Assembly: GCA_965644295.1 (NCBI GenBank)
Contig: CBFFRP010000408.1
Coordinates: 62,001-126,000, forward strand
Reading direction: 5' to 3'
DNA: 64,000 nucleotides
Origin: Paraphysomonas bandaiensis
Taxonomy: Eukaryota; Protista; Chrysophyceae
In this document: positions 60,401 to 64,000 of the stretch, piece after piece
Position numbering within the stretch: the stretch's first letter is position 1
Layout of the letters: each line of letters opens with the position of its first letter
Made by a program: the position numbers and the translations under genes
The notes under the pieces: generated by a model
What the model saw: only the letters and a program-made list of their open reading frames with translations
Database searches by the model: none
What the model was told of the DNA's origin: nothing

Positions 60401-61309
60401 GAGCAGGAGAATAGGAACTCTCGAGGAATGTCAGCAGGCTCAGACTGGAGTCAGGACGACGATGAGAGCATTAACCCGAAGCTACCTGGACGGAAGTCGG
60501 CATGTCGAGTACCTTCATATCGCCGTCCTGATTCGCCTTCAAAGCGTGGAGTCCAAGAATCTGGTATGTATTTACAGTGTATATCGTATCCGGTTTGATG
60601 TTGGTTGTAGGGTGTGAGAAATCTACGTTGAAGGAAGCAGCTTCTCTGCACCGGGACCTCTTTTCGGCACTTCCAGACACACCCACCATGCCGGCCAGGC
60701 TCGAGGCGAATGACATTATAAGTGGAGTAGCTGCTGTGCCAAATAGTAGTGTCTCTCGAATGAGTTATATCGATGCATCTATGAAACAGTCGCTAAGCAT
60801 ATCGTCACAAGTTGTGGCAAGTGCAGTCAACGAGGGTAATTTGCTCTGCCGCTTGTCGCGTGCAATGTATTAATACTTCTTCAGGTTTCTATAGTAACGG
60901 AAAGAGCAGTATCCCAATCGTTGAGAAGGCCCGACGAGTGTATTCCCGAAAGGCTCGTCCAAAGACTTCGGAAGAATTAATTCGATCTTCTATTGAGTCT
61001 TTCCCACGCAAGTTACACACGAGTTCTGGCATAACGTCTCCAGTGAAACTGAATCAAACCAGTAAACATTCACCTCCTAATGCACGACCTCAGACTTCTT
61101 CGGGTGAAAGACGGGAAGGAAAAGTAGGCGGCCTTTTGCTAGATGGTCTAGGGGGGCTAGAGGAGGGTGTTAGTGAGTTCCAGATGTTTATGACTTCCCG
61201 CTTAAACGAAGGACGAGCTCGAACTGCTCCTGGTAATGAGGGTGGGTCATTGTCCGAGGGGAGGAAGAATAATCAAGTGTTACAATCTCTGGATATGCTC
61301 TTCCCATAG
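42434..61309 (+). CDS. Uncharacterised host gene (helical N-terminal half, low-complexity C-terminal half) disrupted in an exon by the LTR nest at 44300-59938
   Basis: ORF 42568-44304 rejoins 59943 onward in frame once the insert and one GCTA are removed (...RQKRA-TTPGQR...). Further exons run to 61309; probable first exon 42434-42474. Confidence 0.75.
44300..45491 (+). repeat. 5' LTR, outer element
   Basis: Direct repeat of 58747-59938; TGTAAAG...GTTCATA; TATAAA at 45141. Confidence 0.97.
45560..47029 (+). CDS. gag: Gag-like protein, outer element (489 aa)
   Basis: Lies after the 5' LTR; coiled-coil N-terminus; C-terminal Cys/His finger; one amino-acid difference from 50438-51907. Confidence 0.85.
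   Translation: MSDSEGPVGSSELDEVKEMLRGIALNLENVTKLCVATASRVDNLESRMSINEEVLVNELEEAQKEVDEAIRDQREEQQGHTRESGRAADDKGKKKERRTSVFMREAESSEGMEVPKHVIINVEKPSHKHIFLDSMELSDFTKFIIQWFEYEQINGIKLEPAQIVSRRVRNLLMFNNSLTDKMFVKLSAQKFCEMMAKETKVLSKVEFIETLRYALRYFKPLDWKSVRPNTHELFFQEILKRKSIFMRTFTIMMEANSTKCPPVGGKEFGSAQVFLELIDESYNKRVLAEIPRVTDTNYGNVEEFLDTYVSKASEHYEASKNIRLVPYEGSDFSRKQIQRSSRNRDNGYVAKEKPKSLNNVQFADRVEDDFYSDLDDKEVDPIVVVKDDGMSDDDFENEVEEMLLGEPESDKEAIEQVMNLEKTVNPTRGCVAYALYGNCYKGKECKHVQGHNGAVATETRKWMMKKLSQMMADDSKGPRKILPRPGGVT
47033..49160 (+). CDS. pol: Pol 5' part (protease, RT, RNase H), outer element, cut at HIP|GKNN
   Basis: LFDTGA, SPWAS, RICGDY, DIDLTNAFHQI, IFDN, TDASDYG, EKE and ETDH. Confidence 0.95.
49161..50369 (+). 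repeat. 5' LTR, inner element
   Basis: Direct repeat of 55881-56901 plus a U5-like extension matching the outer LTR end. Confidence 0.95.
50438..51907 (+). CDS. gag: Gag-like protein, inner element
   Basis: 489-aa ORF, near-identical to the outer gag. Confidence 0.85.
   Translation: MSDSEGPVGSSELDEVKEMLRGIALNLENVTKLCVATASRVDNLESRMSINEEVLVNELEEAQKEVDEAIRDQREEQQGHTRESGRAADDKGKKKERRTSVFMREAESSEGMEVPKHVIINVEKPSHKHIFLDSMELSDFTKFIIQWFEYEQINGIKLEPAQIVSRRVRNLLMFNNSLTDKMFVKLSAQKFCELMAKETKVLSKVEFIETLRYALRYFKPLDWKSVRPNTHELFFQEILKRKSIFMRTFTIMMEANSTKCPPVGGKEFGSAQVFLELIDESYNKRVLAEIPRVTDTNYGNVEEFLDTYVSKASEHYEASKNIRLVPYEGSDFSRKQIQRSSRNRDNGYVAKEKPKSLNNVQFADRVEDDFYSDLDDKEVDPIVVVKDDGMSDDDFENEVEEMLLGEPESDKEAIEQVMNLEKTVNPTRGCVAYALYGNCYKGKECKHVQGHNGAVATETRKWMMKKLSQMMADDSKGPRKILPRPGGVT
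51911..55849 (+). CDS. pol: Full-length Pol: PR-RT-RNase H-integrase-chromodomain + extra C-terminal domain (1312 aa)
   Basis: DTGA; RT motifs; RNase H D-E-D-D; integrase H-H-C-C (VHNAQVGH..CINC) and D-D-E (GIDA, SDMG, CER); GPF motif; FKVEEILSY...FKVKYAD chromodomain-like segment. Confidence 0.96.
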   Translation: MCEANGSQDHEEILYGLNDPETVSRVFLRNLMNVCNTRERKDLTLAHSGGSIVCDDNYIISVRGILFDTGALTSNFISKDLFETFRNHVCENKVIKKETVIGFADKTSRMKCSFVVKLKLRFEREDSKGEFVIYDGDFIVADMGSNDIIIGLPAIVKDLWDYFLFMLKGRTIERIESEVSFIKRREDDVTEDDLLLNAVEELLQPWCDSSREVAPEELDVPDPSQFGFASSFLGKTREEALSEFEDMFGEHVSPEFSAARPVLELLRTKGVEVFVPERWEGIKGVDPLNIKFAENLPPRIKPKARPVNPRLYEDAEKEFRRLCGYIYVPSRSLWASCLVIAPKATKPFIRICGDYVQINKYIPSPHYTVPNVRHELDRIIGYKIFMDIDLTNAFHQIRLHENTSEKLSVQTPWGQFQPLFLPEGVSPGISVLQEAVVKLFGDLEWALCIFDNVLLLAHDFDDAYKKLEIFLDRCIEHGVVLKFAKTWLGFREIKFFGYLVRHNSFELTDDRKEALLKIPFPENGNRCKKIRSLLGLGVFFAPFVQNYSDLVKHLTDMTKSSFNWEETTWQHDYRQEFENYKSGLQQSCALFYPNYDLEWTLRTDASDYGVAGILFQTVEGTGSSPIQQQTIAICSKKLSEQALKWCTIEKEGFGIFYSVKKFSFYLRGKKFTIETDHNNLVWMEASEVAKIIRWRIYLQDFDFLIRHIPGKNNVVADCLSRLLYLSGFVDESDDFDSDEVNFVTLHNIFEKDDFEDEVQEIAPPTEEQRIDYHQAIKEVHNAQVGHWGAKETWKRLCKQFPGHGVPFKVVADFVDECINCQKNRRELKQRLIPITRHLKPPHSRSALGIDAVAITPVSKSGYTHIVVMVNLFTKLVYLYAVKGMTAINLATAVWKCWCTYGLTDMIISDMGPDLKSELFAELVKLSGLRHVFSIANRHVNGCERIIKEVVRHIRAICFDKRIEADAVLEDELLLATIMFILNTHESSETGYSAFELTFGSQDSIYKNLLAAQGRDNDPSHQLLKRLNDYLALVRQISADYQKSLVEKRAEAGLDPAKQNQYCPGDFVMFDAGAKPHPKLSSRMKGPFEVVRQYKNDVQIRNLLTGGIREYSVSDLEPFFGDKESAIEAAMRDHEQFKVEEILSYTGDSRTKSTMVFKVKYADGDILDIPWTPDIQCEAYYDFCESRPYLRHLAYDSFTAKRFISSMRKENITTVSVGDTVYVDLRFYGDLWYESLGLPDYATAAYVMEFTYTHWYHKNSKRKISARFNLNGSNYAFDNYLVYCWGSQKDFDPARMILVDASLAAAYPKIIQE
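55881..56901 (+). repeat. 3' LTR, inner element (truncated)
   Basis: Ends at ...AATTCTCTATG, directly followed by TSD CCAG. Confidence 0.95.
56899..58716 (+). CDS. pol: Pol 3' part (integrase + chromodomain), outer element; ATG supplied by the inner LTR end
   Basis: 605-aa ORF resuming at PGKNNVVAD. Confidence 0.9.
   Translation: MPGKNNVVADCLSRLLYLSGFVDESDDFDSDEVNFVTLHNIFEKDDFEDDVQEIAPPTEVQRIDYYQAIKEVHNAQAGHWGAKETWKRLCRQFPGHGVPFKVVADFVDECINCQKNRRELKQRLIPITRHLKPPHSRSALGIDAVAITPVSKSGYTHIVVMVNLFTKLVYLYAVKGMTAINLATAVWKCWCTYGLTDMIISDMGPDLKSELFAELVKLSGLRHVFSIANRHVNGCERIIKEVVRHIRAICFDKRIEADAVLEDELLLATIMFILNTHESSETGYSAFELTFGSQDSIYKNLLAAQGRDNDPSHQLLKRLNDYLALVRQISADYQKSLVEKRAEAGLDPAKQNQYCPGDFVMFDAGAKPHPKLSSRMKGPFEVVRQYKNDVQIRNILTGGIREYSVSDLEPFFGDKESAIEAAMRDHEQFKVEEILSYTGDSRTKSTMVFKVKYADGDILDIPWTPDIQCEAYYDFCESRPYLRHLAYDSFTAKRFISSMRKENITTVSVGDTVYVDLRFYGDLWYESLGLPDYATAAYVMEFTYTHWYHKNSKRKISARFNLNGSNYAFDNYLVYCWGSQKDFDPARMILVDASLAAAYPNIIQE
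58747..59938 (+). repeat. 3' LTR, outer element
   Basis: Follows the PPT; matches the 5' LTR except for 4 clustered substitutions. Confidence 0.97.
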
Positions 61310-61704
61310 CAGTGGCAGCTGCTGTATGTGTTTTTTTAAATCATTCATGTGTTATGTAGTCCTCCCCGTTATATATTTACTGTAGAATTGTGTGTAGAAT
61401 TCAGTAATAAAAGTGTAACTTCTTCTGACTTCTGAGTACGTGCCAAATGATATCTACGTCAATATAGTTACTTTACGCTTTACGGGAAATATATTCGACC
61501 TATAGTCAATTGGTGGATGTACCTAGTCGCTCTTATATCCATTGATTACATATCGTGATTATTTAAGATAGTTGGTCGTGTGAAAGTCTTATTATTAGCA
61601 ATATGCGTCAAGAACCATACTAAATAGTAACGCTCGGCGCACCCATTCAAATACCAACACCCAGTCAAACTAGTCATTCGTAAACTGAAAATGTGAGTTA
61701 GTTA

Positions 61705-62022
61705 ATGACTAGGCTTATTATACATCAATTTTCGTGTGACTAAGGAATGGATCTACTATTCAACGTAGTTGATTCGGTGTAATTTCTAGTCACACCAAAT
61801 ATAGAGTAAAAGCCTAGTCAAGGGGGTTGAAACCCTAGTTATTACATAATTCATATTTTCAGTTTACAATGACTAGGTGTTTATGATATTCGTCTAACCA
61901 TCATTTCATGAATACAGATATTAAATTATTTGCTTATTATTTTGACTAGGTTTCTACACCAAGTTTAGTGTGACTAGGTTGAATAATAAATCCCAAGAAA
62001 TTTTCCATTTTTGACTAGGTTC
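61705..62022. repeat. Second TGACTAGG motif cluster, with family-B fragments nearby (61580-61630, 62075-62143)
   Basis: About 8 motifs in both orientations. Confidence 0.55.
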
Positions 62023-62769
62023 AATAACTCAATCATTTGCTCCCACAACGAATTGCAAAATATTGCTCTGATTCTAGTTAAATTGTTTTACAGCATTAGT
62101 TCTGACTCTAACACCCCTATTGCTAATAATCAGACATTCCCTACTTGCTGCTGATTATTGGGAATTGCTCATTTTAAGCTAGATCACAGAGAGAATTTGT
62201 CGTTAGACTAGATAGGTTTATTAATATCGTTTACACGAAGTTGTGATAACCAACACTAACTCATTTTAATCTACGCATAATATCCTACAAATGCGAACCT
62301 CACGTTACTGAACATATCTTGAAAGATCAAACTATTTCAGTTTCTCAATATCATCACAGCATTTGTACATCACTATATTTCACTGTATTCTCGTACATTG
62401 TCTTCAAGTGACATACTGAATATACTAGAATAAGATCCATATTCTAATACTGATTACTGATTATAGTTATTAATAAGTAAACAGTAAACGTTAGTATACC
62501 ATTAGAAATCATAAGATGAATCATAAAACACAAATACCAGTGTATATCAAAAATACCCTGTGTTCTGGAAGAAAATATAAACTATTGCAATAAATATTGT
62601 GAGTTATTTGCTATTAGTCAATAATATTGCAATTACCAGAGAACTATGTAAAATCATTGTTATTATTAAAGCGAGCTATACTTAATATTTAGATAATATC
62701 CCAGACTATACTATGCGCTAGAGATTAGAGCTACACACTACTTCCACACTCATTAAAGTGATGCAAGGT

Positions 62770-63180
62770 ACTACATATCATCTCAATGGTCATCAGAACA
62801 ATGAATCACAAAGCACACAATTTGCAGAGGATCGTCAGAATTGTCAACCCTGAGTTTGAGAACGGGGTTGTCAAAAACCAAGCAGGACAGTAACAGGCAC
62901 ATACTAGGAACGAAAGTGTTGTAGTTAGAATGCGTTGTAAAACTGTTGCTGTTGTCAATTGAGATGGCAAAGTGCATACGTTGAATATGAGTTTAAGTTA
63001 TGCAATCAGCTCAATAGCAGAATAAAACAAGAATGATCATAGTCTCACAGATGCACTGTTCATGTACTGGGAAACTCTATCCCTGTGATCGCTTTTTAAG
63101 CTCTGCCTAATTTATAATAACCGACTTGCGCAGTCGCATGTCTCTAACAGCCCTCAACATGCGAATACACTCCGGAGTCA
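62770..63180 (+). pseudogene. Decayed hAT-like transposase C-terminus
   Basis: IVNPEFENGVVK (compare the 38579 remnant) and DRFLSSA*FIITDLRSRMS, resembling the hAT dimerisation motif ERxFS. Confidence 0.6.
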
Positions 63181-63709
63181 TACAGCTTCAATTCAATAAA
63201 TTTCCGACAAGATGATGGTTCAATTGAAACGGAGAGTGAGAGTGACGACAAGTTTGAGGGATGTTAGATTGAGTGAATGGCTCATTAATGCTACGATATC
63301 GTAGTAGCAGGTGAGTATTTTTGTCGCAGTTCAAACTGCTCACTATCGTACTTGGCTGGCTGTAGGAATGCCAGAATGCTCAGTGCTGGATGCAAGCAGA
63401 AGCACTTTTAAGCCAAACAACGATACAATCACAGCACACAGCAGTACCTCCTGGAGTACTGAGAGTATGCCGGTTTGTAGGAATTCCTACTCTGAACGTT
63501 AAAAATATATCGAGACCTCAACGGCCATAGACAAAAAAGTAGTGATTTCTACTGATTAGGTAGCTTTTCAACTTTAAAAATGGGCTTTTTATTACGTCAT
63601 ACAGGGAATACGTACTGTATCAACAGGAGACTAATCTATTAATAGAACTCAGTAAGCTGTGACATTATCTTAAATAGAAGACAGTGCTGTAAGCTGTAGA
63701 CACTTTGCG

Positions 63710-64000
63710 ATGAACAGTGACTTGTATGAGAGGCAATTAAAATGGAGGGAAGATGCAAAGAAGAAGGCGATAGCTAACAGCGCTAAAGCCGAATCTGATA
63801 AGGAGGAGAAGGAGCTCACCTTTAAGCCTCACATATACACTGCCCCTGTTAAAAAGTTTGAGGGTTCAGCCAGAGCATTAACCGAGAAAAGTGGGGCAAA
63901 CCACGTTCTTCGTCAAGCGAAAGCAAGGAAGGACAAGCAAGAAACTAACAGGTGTATTATTTCGATTGATTTGTCCTCGGCATAAGTAGTGTGGTGTATG
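63710..64000 (+). CDS. 5' exon of an uncharacterised charged/coiled-coil protein, runs off the right edge
   Basis: MNSDLYERQLKW...KELTFKPHI; probable donor AG|GTGTAT near 63951. Confidence 0.55.

Overview
This is eukaryotic genomic DNA with short GT-AG introns; gene content and transposon types suggest a stramenopile protist, which is inference only. About 11 host genes are visible: a degenerate hybrid histidine kinase, an EHD/dynamin-like GTPase, an H-NOX protein without a cyclase domain, a catalytically dead calpain, a cNMP-binding protein, ARL2, an STK32/YANK-like kinase, eIF2B-gamma, a CPA2 antiporter, an uncharacterised gene split by a transposon, and a gene start at the right edge. The intergenic spaces are AT-rich and full of decayed mobile elements: a Harbinger MITE, nested hATs, Copia and LINE remnants, and a SINE-like family. 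The dominant feature is a 15.6-kb, very young insertion at 44300-59938, where one Ty3/Gypsy chromodomain-bearing LTR retrotransposon sits inside a sister copy, itself inside a host exon. This family departs from the LTR-element norm in several ways: RT active site IFDN instead of YxDD, gag and pol in frame across a single TGA, a CCCH-like finger in Gag, no tRNA primer-binding site (a palindrome instead), TG...TA termini with 4-bp TSDs, and exchanged U3 modules. A second candidate system is a ~0.5-kb non-autonomous retroelement with an HDV-ribozyme-like 5' fold and a 3' tail shared with local LINE remnants. All motif calls, folds and alignments were made by eye. Exon and decayed-repeat boundaries are approximate.
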